Part shown: piece by piece, positions 12,039-24,854 of the stretch
How positions within the stretch are numbered: the stretch's first letter is position 1
Layout: each line of letters opens with the position of its first letter
NCBI RefSeq assembly: GCF_018350175.1
Contig: NC_058368.1
Coordinates: forward strand, 195,488,001-195,552,000
From: Felis catus
Taxonomy: Eukaryota
Direction: 5' to 3'
DNA: 64,000 nt
The notes under the pieces: model-generated
The model's database searches: none
Seen by the model: the letters and a program-made list of their open reading frames with translations, nothing else
What the model was told of the DNA's origin: nothing
Program-made: the position numbers and the translations under genes

Positions 12039-12750
12039 TGATGAGGGACCATAAGGCAAGCAGAGGGCAAAATACTAGCTAGCACCCCCACCCCCACCCC
12101 CAGGTGGGATACGTGTGATATTCCTCAGGCACTCCTGGCTGCCCAAGAACAAAGGAAAGGGAAGAAAACAAATGGTTCACTGAGGGAGATCACAGTCCTG
12201 CAGGACACGAGTCTCCATCAGTTTACAAATATCTTAGTAGATTACAAGAAAAAGGCAATCCTATCAATAGCCTAATCTCCAGAAGCCTACAGTTTCCTGG
12301 AGCCCCAACATCACTTTTCCCTCCAAAGTGATATGGGGAACAAAGGCCAGAAGGAAATGGCAGTAAAATCAAATTTCCTTATGACCTGCAGCCCATTGAC
12401 CAGTACTTGGGGCAAATACAGAGTAGAACATTTCTCCAGGGACCCCCTACTGTCCTAAGGTTAATGCCTTACTAGAGGAAAAACAACCTTAGCTTGACAA
12501 CAGCAAGGCCTCTGGTATCTTAGGCGTCCTCTTCAGCACATCAAAGTCCTTCTGGAGGCCTCGGGTTTGCCTCTACCTCTCCAACTCCATAGTATATAAC
12601 GAGTCACCCCTCACAACCCCAGGGCAGGTCTTTCTGCCCACGGGTCCTGTCCCTGAGCTTTAATAAAATCACCTTTTTACACCAAACATGTCTTCAAGAA
12701 TTCTTTCTTGGCTGTCAGCTCTGAATCCCCACCATTCCAAAACCTCATCA
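12039..12750 (+). mobile_element. ERV-type LTR, long form
   Basis: Terminal inverted repeats TGATGAGG...CCTCATCA, TATA-like GTATATAA about 12592, AATAAA 12662; homologous to the LTR at 13392-13799. Confidence 0.8.
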
Positions 12751-13391
12751 GTATCCCCAGAGTAATTATACCAGAAGACAAGAAATACAAAGTGTGGGGG
12801 GTTGCCTTCTTGAGTCTGGTAAGAAATCTCTGAGGAGGTGGACTTTGACCACCCTGGAGACAAATGAGAAACATTTGGGCTAAAAGCCAATGTGAAACTT
12901 GAACACGGCCAAGACCACCAGGCCATGGTTCCCAGGAGGGCTCCGCACCACTATCATCTAGGGAGCTTTTAAAAACCCCCATCCCCAGGCCCACACTCCA
13001 GACCAATTATATCTAAATCTCCGGCATTGGTGTATTTTTTAATTCCAGGCAATTCTAATATGTAGCTAAGATTGACATCCAGTAATGTGATGCACCAGGC
13101 AGACAACAGGTGCACACATACATAAAAGCAGCAATTATTAAAACAAGGCTCTTGTCCTTGAAGAAATCACATTCTAAGAGTGATGGGTTGGAAACACTGG
13201 AAATTGTTATCACCCTAACGTTCACGGTCATGGGCTTCCTGAAGGAGTAACAGGGTCTGAGCCCCGGAATAACATGGTCCAGGATGACCTATGTCATGCT
13301 AGTGTGGGGTGAGAGTGAATGTCGCTGGAGACCCAGCGTGTGCATAAAGGCTGGAATGGTGAGTTCCCTGAGTGTAATGAGGAGTGCTTAC

Positions 13392-13799
13392 TGACGTGGG
13401 GAACAAAGGCAGAAGGAAATGGTAGATGAAATTAAAGTTCCTTATAGCCGGCAGCCCACTGACAGACAAATACTTGAGGCAGGTAGAGTATGACATTCCT
13501 CCAGGAACTCCCTACTATCTTACTGTTAAAGTTTTGCTAGGGGGAGAGACAATCTTAGCTAGGCCTCCAGGATCCATGAGTCTTCTTAACATATGAAAAT
13601 CCTTTTGGAAACTTCCCATTGCCTTTACCTCCCCCAACTCCCAAGTATATAATCCGTCACGCTTCACAATCCTGGGGCAGCTCTTTGTGCCCACGGGTCC
13701 TGTCCCCAGTGCTTTAATAAAACCACCTTTTTTGCACTGAAGATGTCTCAAGAATTCTTTCTCGGCCTTCAGCTCCAAACCCCAACGCTTTCCACATCA
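13392..13799 (+). mobile_element. ERV-type solo LTR, short form
   Basis: TGACGTGG...CCACATCA termini, TSD CTTAC (13387-13391 and 13800-13804), GTATATAA and AATAAA inside. Confidence 0.88.
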
Positions 13800-14944
13800 C
13801 TTACCACTTCAAATGCCTATGAAGCAGGCACGGAGGCAGATGCAGAGGTCACAGACATGCAACACCAGCCTCAAACATGATTTGTTTGTAAGGTGTGTCT
13901 TAGAAATTTACTTAGTTGCCAACGAATAATGAAAACAAGTGATTCCTCATTAAATTGTGAATTTCCAACTTTTTCTGAAAAAATCAGAGAATCTGGACCC
14001 ACCAGCTTGCCCTCCCACAGGGCAACAGTCCATTGAAGCTGAACTGTCATTGACCCTCGAGGTGGGGTCTGGGCTCAGCAGTCTCCATAGCCCCTCTAGG
14101 CAACGCATCCCATCTCTCACTTTTGTTACAGCCTGGTCTCTGTGGGGTTTCAACCCAAGCTTAGTCTGGACATCTGGCTTTAAGCCATGGTTATTCTGGT
14201 CAGTACCGGATCATTTCAAAAAGAAGGTAAAATCATAGCTCTCATACAGATAGAAAATGAGCACACGTGAGAGATTTTGTTTAACTTGAACTCTGCCGAG
14301 GGAAACAGATGTTACAACCAGAGCAAAGTCTGAAGAGCAGACACATTTGTAGATCCAGAATATTGAGATAAGTGTACAAATGGGGGCAAGACAGGGGAGG
14401 GGAGATGGCAGAGAGGAGTCATTTACACTCCACAGGACATACATTTACATGTCCATAGGCAGTGATGACATTCCGTTGTTGTCATGAGTTACCTGCAACT
14501 TTGGAGGCTATGAAAGGCACCGTGCCCCCCAGAGAATCAAAAGCAGATATCAGAAGGGGATGCTCTAGGCAAGAAATAGTTTTCCATTGATGGCAAAATT
14601 TTTTCTCTAAAGGGTCAATGGCATTTCTGACTTTAGGCGACGCCTTCTAATGGGCCGGCTCTGGGCCGCACCCCTGGGCGGGATTGCAGAGGTGACAGGA
14701 GCAGCGCCTGCTTCCCACCTTGCCTGTCTGAAACCTGAGCACCTAGAGGCCTGACAATGCCCTGGGGAGCAGGGGTGGCCTGGTCAGGCAGGCCCTGCTG
14801 GGGAAGGTGCCTCTGGAGCCCCCACCGGGCCTACCTGACCTCCTTCACCAGCCTGAGTCTGAGGGCCCAGAGCTGGAGGCCCCGGTACAAAATTGCACGG
14901 CTCTGACTCCCAAAGATTTTTATCTTCTTAGAGCCTTTGCTTAG

Positions 14945-15230
14945 AGCTGTGATCTCCATGCTGGCACCCACTGAAGTCACCTGAGGAGCTTTAAGCAAAC
15001 TACCTGAGAGCTCGGGCCCAGGCTGTGCTCCAGACATCAGCATTTTTAAAAGTCCCCCAGGGGATTCCAAGGTGAAGCCAACAGTGAGAACCACTGGTCT
15101 AAAGCCGCCTTTATCTCAGGATAAAATGCATGCAAAACACTAGGGATCTTGCTAAAAATGCAGATAATGATTCCCCAGGTCTGGGGTGGAGCCCAAGAAT
15201 TTGCACAAGTTCTCCACGAGTTCTCCTGGG
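14945..15230. mobile_element. MER5-like hAT DNA transposon fragments
   Basis: Diagnostic CATTTTTAAAAG.CCCCCAGG.GATTC...GAGAACCACTG and CTGGGGTGGAGCCCAAGAATTTGCA motifs. Confidence 0.6.
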
Positions 15231-16124
15231 AGACCGTGCTGCTGGCCGGGGGACCGCAATGAGCGTAGCCAGGGTCCAGACTGATGGACGTCTCCACCAC
15301 TGGGGGGCAGAGATAAGCACAGATAGTCACTATTTCCTCCCTGGGAAGGCATCCGGTGATCTTCCCCCTCCTCCTCGGTTTACTGAAACAGCTGGAAGTA
15401 CAGAGCCTTGCACTCCCAGGTCCTCGTCTCTGCACCACATTCCCCCCTACTGCATGCTGAGGCGGATGGATTTCATGATGCCTGAGGGCTGGTCCAGATG
15501 CAGCATCCAGCTCCAGGGAGTTGGGTGAGTCCAAGCAGGCTGACCAGAAGCCTGTTCTTGGAAGAGCTTTGCTCCACCGTTCCTACCCTTCCTCCCTCCC
15601 GCTTCTCTCCCTGCTCCCCTGCTGGTCTCCAAAGTAGCCCTCAAAGATTGTTTGAGTTGAACAGACCCTGGCTGCAAACTGTCAGTAATTTTCCAACCAA
15701 GGAAAATCCCATGGACTTCACAGGAGGTCCAGGCAAGGCTGAAAAGAATCTTAACCCTCTGATAACTCCCAACGGGGGTGGGGGGCGAGGGTGGGAGTAT
15801 GAGGATCTTGCCCCATCCTAGGACCTCCAACCTGGACTCTGGGACGGGAGCTAGCAATGCACTGGCACCAGAATTTGGTTAGGCAGCACCATCGTCACAA
15901 CCTCTTCAAGGGTCCTGTAGCGTTTCCAAAGCATTTCATTAGCTGTCTCGATCATTCCTTCGGCAGAGCAATGCCAGAGTCTCGGGCTCTGGGATGCAAA
16001 CCTCAATCGGCCTGCACTCTAAGCACTCACCGCTGTCACGCCAGGCATCTCGCACACTGTGGCCTGCAGGGCTGGGCAGAAACCGTGGGTGAAGGTGTCG
16101 GCCGCCACCTGTAGTACATTTATC

Positions 16125-16143
16125 CCGCCGGCAGGGGGCGGCC
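16125..16143 (+). promoter_or_regulatory. Candidate CTCF binding site
   Basis: CCGCCGGCAGGGGGCGGCC resembles the CTCF core CCASYAGRKGGCRS; local CpG enrichment. Confidence 0.55.
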
Positions 16144-16297
16144 GTCACCCAATCGGAGCTCCTGTTGGCAGACACACTGGCCCAGTGGGGACAGATCTGA
16201 TTTTTCAAGAGAAGCTGGAAATACAGAATTTTATGTGAATTCTTCAAATCGTCACGTATGGGCAGCTAATTCATATCGTTATAAAAGACCTCGTGAG

Positions 16298-16885
16298 CTA
16301 AAAATAAGTTTGCAAGACAAGATATACCCCCAAAGAGCTGCAGTGGGCAAACTGAAGTTTGACCCCAGAGTGTGGGATCCTGACTTCACTCAAAAATGCC
16401 ACGGCTTTATATCATTATTCCAACGCCCGCATTTTATGTGTGGGGAGACTGAGTTCAGAGAAAAGAAGGACTTGTCCGGGTTTGTTAGGGCAGAGCCGAG
16501 AGTAGGACTCAGGAGTCCTGACATCTGGTGCGGTCTTTCTTGCTTCAGAAGAACACCCACCAGAACCCTGGGGTCCCCAGCGAAGTGCGATCCTGTAGCT
16601 TAGAGGGCGTGCGCCGGAGAGCTGGTCCTGGCCAGGGGAGCCCTGACAGGGCTGGGGAGGTCGTCAGAGCCCAAGGGCAGGAGGGGGGGCAGGAGTTTAT
16701 TTTTAGCTGCCTAGAATGTGCCTGTAAGCCTTATTTAGACATCAGGCGACAGAGTGAGCTGGAGGCAGCAGGGCCGGGGGAGGAGATAGCCCCCTCCCCC
16801 TCCTGGGGCTCCTTTTACAACTGCTCTCCCCTGCCTGCCCCCTTATCATCCTTTCTGGGGGCTCTGGGCTGCTCTAAATAGCAGC
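16298..16885. promoter_or_regulatory. Candidate muscle-type enhancer (MEF2 x2, CArG-like, MCAT/TEAD, GATA)
   Basis: CTAAAAATAA 16298-16307; TTATTTTTAG 16697-16706; AGAATG 16713-16718; CCTTATTTAG 16729-16738; CTTATCA about 16842-16848. Confidence 0.5.
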
Positions 16886-16914
16886 TCTTGGAGGCGTGGG
16901 CGCTCTCCTGCTCC

Positions 16915-16950
<36 letters not shown>

Positions 16951-17369
16951 TTCTCCTCCACCTCCACCCCTTATCCCCTATTCCCCATAGTCCCGTAGAG
17001 AAATAAAGCTCTAGAGACCTAGAATGTTTTCTCTTCACCCTTCTGGGGTCACAGATCTCTTGGAGAAGCTGGAGTCATTCATCAGAGTAGTTTAGAGCTC
17101 AGGTAGGGAAGACCGATTAACATCTGCCTGATCCAGCTTATGACACGAAGCAAGTTCTTACACTCCCCCAAACTGAGTTTTCACTTTACAGTGGATGGTT
17201 CCTGATGATGAAATGTGGTAAAGATGTAAAGACTTTAGCATATCATAACAAATCATCAGTAAGTGATAGTGATGGTGATTAAAGCTATAGACCAAAATGG
17301 AATCACTCATACACACACCATTCAAAGGTTCATGTAACCTCTGAAGCCCATGGATCCCAATCCATCCAA

Positions 17370-17902
17370 TTAATCCATTCATCATTTCTTGTGGTATAAA
17401 ACTGACAGAGAAGAAATGGATGTATTTAATGTATATGATTCCATGAGTTTGGACATATGCATAGACCCCTGAAACCATCACCACAATCAAGGTCAATAAA
17501 CATATCCATCACTTCCAAAAGTTTCCTTTGTGCTTCTTTATTTTTTTGGTTTTTGTTTCGCTCTGTTTTTGTGGTAAGAACACTTAACTAAGATCCACAC
17601 CCTGGTAACAATTGAGTGTTGTTCACTATAGGCACTATGTTGTACCACAGAGCTCCAGAAACATCTTTCTCTTCTCTGCTTCTATGAGTTTGACTATTTG
17701 AGAAACCTTATGTAAGTAGCATCATTCAATATTTGTCCTCCTGTGACTTATTTCACGATGCGTTAGTCCTTAAGATTCATCCATGTGTCACCAGTGGCAA
17801 CATTTCCTTCTATTTTTTTTAAGATTTTTTAAATGTTTTTCAAATTTATTTTGAGAAAGAGAGAGAGTGCGTGCCTGTGTGCACACACACAGATGGGGGA
17901 GG

Positions 17903-17944
<42 letters not shown>

Positions 17945-18600
17945 CAAGCAGGCTCCAAGCTGCCGGCCCAGAGCCTGACTCAGGACTCAATCTCACAAAT
18001 TACAGGATCATGATGAGAGCCGAAATCAAGAGTCAGATGCTTAACAGACTGAGCCACCAGGCACCCCTAAATTTCCTTCTTTTTAAAGGCTAATATTCCA
18101 CTGTATGTACACACCACATTTTCTTTATCTGTTCATCTGTCAGTGGACATTTGGGCTGTTTCCATATCTTAACTATGGTGAATAATGTTGTAATAAACAT
18201 GGGTGTGCAGATATCTCTTCAAGATCCTGATTTCCGGGGCACCTTGGTGACTCAGTCAGTTAAGCACTTGACTTTGGCTTGGGTCATGATCTCCCAGTTT
18301 CTGAGTTTGAGCTCCACATCAGGCTCTGTGCTGACAGCTCAGAGCCTGGAGCCTGCTTCAGATTCTGCGTCTCCCTCTCCCTCTCTGCTCCTTCCCTGCT
18401 CTCTCTCTATCTCACTTTCTGTCAAAAATGAATAAACATTTAAAAAAAATTTTTTAAGATCTTTATTTCAGTTCTTGTGGATATATATCCAGAAGTGGAA
18501 TTACTGGATGATTTTACCATATTTTTAACTTTTAAAGGAAACTCCACACTGTTTTCCATAGTGTCCACACCACTTTACATCCCCACCAACAGTGTACTGG
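17370..18600 (-). mobile_element. Old L1 3' end interrupted by two Can-SINEs (about 17812-18067 minus; about 18236-18449 plus)
   Basis: Reverse L1 3' UTR/ORF2-end motifs (GGACATTTGGGCTGTTTCCA, CCAGAAGTGGAATTACTGG) split by SINEs. Confidence 0.75.
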
Positions 18601-19749
18601 AACAAAAGTGTCTTGAATCTCAGTCTTGACTCATCTGAGGAATAACTTCTGTCTCTGAAAAGGGATCAAAACAAAGATCTCTTCCCGTGGCAATGACAAT
18701 GGACCTGAGCGTCCGTTCTTTCGGGACCCGTACCCCAGCAGATCCTTGCATGCTTTCTCCAACCCGCCCTACCAAAGTTAGCTTCTGTTAACATACCTCC
18801 CGCAATGGGGCACTCACTCCCGGTCAAACCAGACCCCCGAATCTTGGGCCAGTTGGCAGTTCTTTCCTCCCAAGGAGGCGGACTCTACATTCCAGGGTTC
18901 CTCTACCCACTGCTTCTGGTTTTCCGAGACAACTAGGAGGACTCCTCATCTTCGAGTGCTCTAGACGCAAAAGCGCGTCGAGGGGGAGTGGGGTGAGCTG
19001 GAGGTTCGACCTCCTTCCAGCCTTGCCCAACGTCCAAGCCCTGCCTGAACTCGGGCTTTTCCAGCAGTCCAGGTTCCCGCGGCCGACACCCTCTGCAGCT
19101 GCTTCTTTAAGAAGTGCCAAGGGGCTGGTCCTTGCTACTGTCCTTGGATCCTGTCCAGGGCCCTGATTTAAAAGGTATTGCAACGTTTTTAAAACAAAAC
19201 AAAAAACAAACATGTGTTGTAACCCAAGGCCCTGGTAACGACAACACTGCTGGCTTCTAGCTGCCACCTCCCAGGCTAAGAGGGGAGGAAACAGCTCTCC
19301 GCCTACCCGAGGCACCCCTAACTCTGCAGTGCCCGCCTGCCGTAGTTACCATATTATATTAGGCTGGGAGCTCCGTGAGGGCAGGGCCAGAGCTGGACCC
19401 CGGGGGCTGCAGTCCTGGACCGAAGTGCCTTTTGGACCCTCACCAGTTCTCTTAGGAACCACTCCGGGGGCTACTGGACGGCTCCAGGCCAGTGCTCTCT
19501 GTCCACTCTCCACCCATGCCCCAGAGTGAGCGTTTGTAACAGCAGTCTGATGGTGCCTCTCCCGCTGCCCACGGGACAGAGTAAAAGCAGCTTGGCTGGG
19601 CCTTCAAGGCCTCTCCCGCCTGCCTGCAACTCCTGCACTCCCCCCCCCCCCCCCCCGTTTGCCAGCCCTCCAGCCATACTGAGGCACTGAGCCGCCCCGA
19701 AAACCCACACAGCCCTGGGCCTGAAAGGTCTTCCCCACTCTCTTTCTTC

Positions 19750-19789
19750 CTTTTTTTTTTCTTTATTTTTTTTAAGTGTATTTGTTTAT

Positions 19790-19834
<45 letters not shown>

Positions 19835-20763
19835 GTAAGCGGGGGAGGTGCAGAGAGAGAGGGAGAGAGGGAGAATCCCAAGCAGGGTCTCCACTGTCAG
19901 CGCAGAGCCCGACGTGGGGCTCAGACTCATGAACCCGTGTGATCAAGAGGCTCGGGGCCTAACTCCCTGAGCCACCCAGGCAGCCCCTTTTTTTTATTTT
20001 ACTTTTATACATGTGTAAACTGCAAAATTATCACCACAATATGGTTAGTTACATCCATCACTTTCTTTACAAGAAGAACCCCTGCTTCATCTACGTAGCC
20101 GGCGCTCAAACATCACATCCTTGGTGAAGCCTGCTGTGTCCTGCTCTCTCCCAGGCGGAATTCGCTACTCCTGCCTCCTTCGTGGTACTTTTCCGTACCC
20201 CTTGTTACATTACTTGTCTACCTGGAGCAGAGGCAGTAGCACCTTCTGCAAATGTTTTATTTAGCTTGCATGATGGGGGGGGGGGGGCTTATACATTAAA
20301 AAACAAAATAAGACAAAAACGGATTTCTCGTCTCTCTCTCTTTTTTTTTTTAGTTTATTTATTTCTTTTGAGAGAGAGACAGAAAGAGAGAGCGCTCGGG
20401 AGAGGGGCAGACAGACAGGGAGAGAGAGAATCCCAAGCAGGCTCCGTGCTGTCAGCTCAGAGCCTGACCCAGGGCTCAAGCCACCGTGAGACCATGACCT
20501 GAGGCGAAATCCAGGGTCAGATGCCTGGGGCGCCTGGGTGGCTCCCGTCGGTTAAGTGTCAGTCTTGGGCTCAGGTCATGATCTCATGGCTTGTGGGTTT
20601 GAGCCCCACATCAGACTCTCTGCTGTCAGTGAAGAGCCTGCTTCTGATCCTCTGTCTCCCTCTCTCTCTCTGCCCTTCCCCCACTTGCTCTCTCTCTCTC
20701 AAAAAATAAACATTAAAAAAAAAAAAAAGAGTCAGATGCTTACCTGACTGAGCCATCCAGGGG
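19750..20763. mobile_element. Can-SINE cluster: minus about 19750-19987; minus about 20330-20763 with a nested plus SINE about 20527-20728
   Basis: Inner SINE flanked by imperfect TSD AG(G/A)GTCAGATGC(C/T)T within the outer SINE. Confidence 0.8.
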
Positions 20764-21089
20764 CTTAGTTTCTCTTGAACACCTGGAAGTCAGGCCCTCC
20801 TGATGCCCGTCCACTGTCACGTACCCATTGGTGCTCCTGGCAGATGGCTGTGTGATTTCCAATTGGCACCCCCCTCCCCACTGATGTACCTACCCAGCCC
20901 TGTAGGCATTTCAGCTTTAAGCCGTGGACCTAGATCATTCCTCTCAGATATTCTGGCTCACTCCCATTTACCAATATTTGACTTCCTTGTCCCCATAAAT
21001 TCTCGTATCCCAGGAGTTCCAATATGTTGGCAAAGTGTAAACGAATGAATAGAATCGGGTCAATACAAAATACAAACGTCACAAATTCC

Positions 21090-21321
21090 TTTGTTTTTTT
21101 TTGTTTGTTTGTTTTTAACGTTTATTTATTTTTGGGGGGACAGAGAGAGACAGAGCATGAACGGGGGAGGGGCAGAGAGAGAGGGAGACACAGAATCGGA
21201 AACAGGCTCCAGGCTCCGAGCCATCAGCCCAGAGCCCGACGCGGGGCTCGAACTCACGGACCGCGAGATCGTGACCTGGCTGAAGTGGGACGCTTAACCG
21301 ACTGCGCCACGCAGGCGCCCC
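21090..21321 (-). mobile_element. Young Can-SINE with TSD ACAAATTCCTTTGTT
   Basis: CpG-rich near-consensus body; perfect TSD. Confidence 0.92.
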
Positions 21322-21586
21322 TACAAATTCCTTTGTTAAATCATGTGTTCCAATCTTTGACTTGGAAAGCTCAGTGTCCGTCCTCACCATTCTCTGACTC
21401 TAATCCCAGTTACTTTCCTGCAGGGAAGATGCTCTCACTGGAACAGAGCAAGGAGGGTAGCATCAGGGCTAGGAGGAGCAGAAGGGCAGGGATGGGGCAG
21501 TTATCGGCGAGGAAAGGGTGGCTTAAATCGTGATTACATAGCAGTACACATAGGTGGACAAGTCTTCATTGTTCAAATTAAAGAAC

Positions 21587-21798
21587 CGGGGGCCTGGGTG
21601 GCTCAGTCATTAAGCATCTGACTTCAGCTCAGGTCATGATCTCATGGTTGTTGAGTTTCAGTCCTACATGGGGTGAGCACGAACCCTGCTTCGGGTGAGC
21701 TGGAGCCCTGCTTCAGGTAAAAATATGAGCCCTGATGGGTCCTGCCTCTCTGCCTCTCTGCCCCCCCTTTCTTTCTGCCCCTTGTGGGATATTCTCTC

Positions 21799-21841
<43 letters not shown>

Positions 21842-21907
21842 CCTCTCTCTCCTTCTGCCCTTCACTCACTTGCATCCCCCCTCTAAAATAAATAAATAAA
21901 AATAAAT
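21587..21907 (+). mobile_element. Long variant Can-SINE with internal GAGCCCTGCTTC-type repeats
   Basis: SINE head, expanded middle, (CT)n, (AATA)n tail. Confidence 0.7.
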
Positions 21908-22978
21908 GAAGCAGAGTGCTAGAAACAAGCATATACAGTGAACAAGGATGTACAGTAAATATGTCTGAAGCTGAAAGGAATTGAGAACATGCAGAACGTA
22001 CAAACCGTCCTCTGATAAGGGATATGAGGGGGTCACGTAGGAGGGGCAGGCCAATTACTGACTTAGGTGCCTGGCTATTCATCTCTGATCTGGAAAGCCC
22101 CCAGCTAATGTTGGAGTCCCACTCATTCAGTTACATTTAAATCAACAAATGCTCATCAAAGGACCCTATCTAGGACTCAGTCTTAGTTCCTAGATATAAG
22201 GTGGCTCAGGGCCTGGTTCAGAACCCACAGCACAGTCCCTTGTGTTTCACAGGGAGAGGGCAGTACAGGTAGGGGTGACCTAGACATCAGCCCAGCCAAG
22301 GATGTCTCAAACATGGAAAATCGGGCTCACACATAGACTCACTGAGCCCTGGACCTCACTTCCTACCTCACCTCCAAACTCATGTTAAAAAATCACCGTC
22401 AGACATCAGGAGGACATAAAGGTCAAGCAACTCAAATATAAGCACACATCCAAATTGCCTGGAGGACTCGTAAAACACAGATGCCTGAGCCTCACAGCCA
22501 GCATTTCTGATTCAGGTGGTCTGGGGTGGGGCCGAAGAATTTCTAACAACTTCCCAAAAGATGTGAATGCTGCTGATCCCTGAGAACCACTGATATAAAG
22601 AAATGTCCACCCCTGTCCATTGCTAATATTTCCAGAACCTAGAGCCCACTAAAAGAAGTGATCTACAATTTTCCTTAGAGAAACTCATCGTGTGACATTG
22701 TGCCTTTCCTGCTCTGTATTGCCGTATTGAGATCCTCGAAGACTTCCATCTGAACTCTATTGAACAGATAAAATGCTAACCAATGATGATTGACGTGCAT
22801 CGACTCTTGGTAAAGATAGTAAAGTGAATCTTGCCTGCCGCCTCTCCCAAGGCAGCCCCAAATCCACGGGTATCCTGGGACAATAGGCAGAGGTGGCTTT
22901 TCACTAATTAGCATTACTCAGGCTCCATTCTCCTTTCCAAAAACTCCGCCATCAATTAGTTCAACACAATTCAGCATA

Positions 22979-23029
22979 ATTTTTTTTAATGTTTATTTAT
23001 TTTTGAGGGAGAGAGAGAGCAAGGGAGGA

Positions 23030-23070
<41 letters not shown>

Positions 23071-24854
23071 CCGAAGCAGGCTCTGCACTCTTAGTGGGGC
23101 TCAAATTCAATAACCGTGAGATCATGACCAAAGCCGAAGTCGGGTGCTTAACCAGCTGAGCCACCCAGGCGCCCCTCAATATAATTTTTTTAAGTTTATT
23201 TATTTTGAGAGAGGAGAGAAAGAGAGTGAGCACGGGGGGGAGGGGCAGAGAGAAGGAGAGACAGAATTTCAAGCAGTCTCTGCACCTTCAGCTCAGAGGC
23301 TGATGTGGGGCTCGAACCCATGAGGAGGAGGACTCCAGATGATTCCTTGAGAAACACTAATTGAAGCCAAAGGACTTGGGGTACCTGGTTGGCTCTGTCG
23401 GTAGAACACACTAGTCCTCAGGGTCAGGAGTTCGATCACCACCTTGGGGTAGAGCTTACTTAACAACAACAAAAAGCCTAAAGATTCAACAACTTTAGGT
23501 TTCCTCCCATTTTTTTCTCTTATATATAATTTCAAGAGGAAGCTATCAAAACCAACATTTCCATCAAAGGTCTGGCAAGCCCAGGGTACTTTTCTCAGCA
23601 GAGCCTCACTTCCTATCTCCAGAACTGAAGCTGGGGTACACACAGTGTCTCCAAAAGGAAAATATTCTAAGTTCAATGTAACAAACCTTATGAATTGGTT
23701 ACAAATTGCATTCTGTTGCTAGTGACAAAATGTCAATGGCAGTGGCTTAAACAAAGTTGTTGTTTATTCTATTATGTGAAAATATTAGGAAGTAGTTGAT
23801 CAAGGCTGGTATGGGGGCTCGATAAATTCATCAGAGATCAGGTTCGTTCTATCTTTTTACTCAGGGTAATAAAATGGCTGCTGGAAGTCGGCCATCATGT
23901 CTGTATTCTGGGCAGGAAAAGGGGGATCCCTCCTCCCAGCTGAGTCATTTCCCTATTAGAAGTTTTCCTGGAAGCCCCAACCAGTAATTTCCCTTGACAT
24001 ATCACCAGTCACCCCCAGATGCATGGGAAGCTGGGTAAGTAGCCTGTTAGCCCACACGTTGCTGACCCAGAGAATATGGTTCTGTAATTAAGGAAGAAGG
24101 AAGAATGGAAGTTGAGTAAGGTGTCTGGAAGTCTCTGCCACAATCTACAAAGTTCCAGATGGGGAAGGAGGGAGGAGACGGGAGCCATGTAACCTGCAGT
24201 GCATTAGCACACAAACTAGAACTCGGAGGAAAACTGCACGTGTGCTGAGAGAGCTGTGGAACAGGTACCACAAGGTTGTCAGGAGGAGACAGCATCTGAG
24301 CTGCTTCTTGATGTTCAGGTGAAACTATAACCCACAGAGATGGACGGTGCAGGAAGTCACTCCAGGCAGACAACACGTCTGGGGACCAACGGAGCTCACT
24401 CAGAAGAACCTGAACAAAAAAAGCTTTCAGAGCTTAAAGACATTTAGCAGCCACTGAGTTCAAAGGTTCCTAACCTGAGGGGCATCCGAGTGGCTCAATG
24501 GGTCCTACTCTTGATATCAGCTCAGGTCATGGTCTCATAGTTCATGGGTTCCAGCGCCGCGTAGGGCTCTGCTCCCCCCTGAAAAATGAATAAACTTCAA
24601 AAGGTTCTTAACCTGAGATGCACACATAGCCTTACTGCAGGGGCTTCAGGGGTCCCTGAATCACTTGAAATCCTTTTTTTTTTTTAATGTTTATTTATTT
24701 TGAGAGAGAGAGAAAGAGTGTATGTGAGCAGGGGAGGGGCAGAGAGAGAGGGAGAGAGAGAGAATCTGGGGGCTTGATCCCACCCCCCTGGGACCATGAC
24801 CTGAGCTGAAGTCAAGAGTCAGTCGCTTAACCCACTGAGCCACCCAGGCGCCCC
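22979..24854. mobile_element. Repeat cluster: several Can-SINE copies and an MLT1-like MaLR LTR fragment (about 23690-24060)
   Basis: SINE heads and tails at about 22979-23465, 24478-24600, 24674-24854; MaLR-like CAGTGGCTTAAACAA motif. Confidence 0.65.

Noticed and set aside
12039..13799. The two LTRs as 5' and 3' LTRs of one provirus
   Set aside because: Different lengths and termini, the second has its own TSD, and the spacer lacks a PBS or gag/pol sequence.
18650..19320. CpG-retaining non-repeat patch with a 163-aa minus ORF (18824-19315)
   Set aside because: No recognisable protein motif or splice structure; possibly regulatory but unsupported.
22675..22914. 79-aa minus ORF in unique-looking sequence
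   Set aside because: No homology recognised and no supporting splice or Kozak context.
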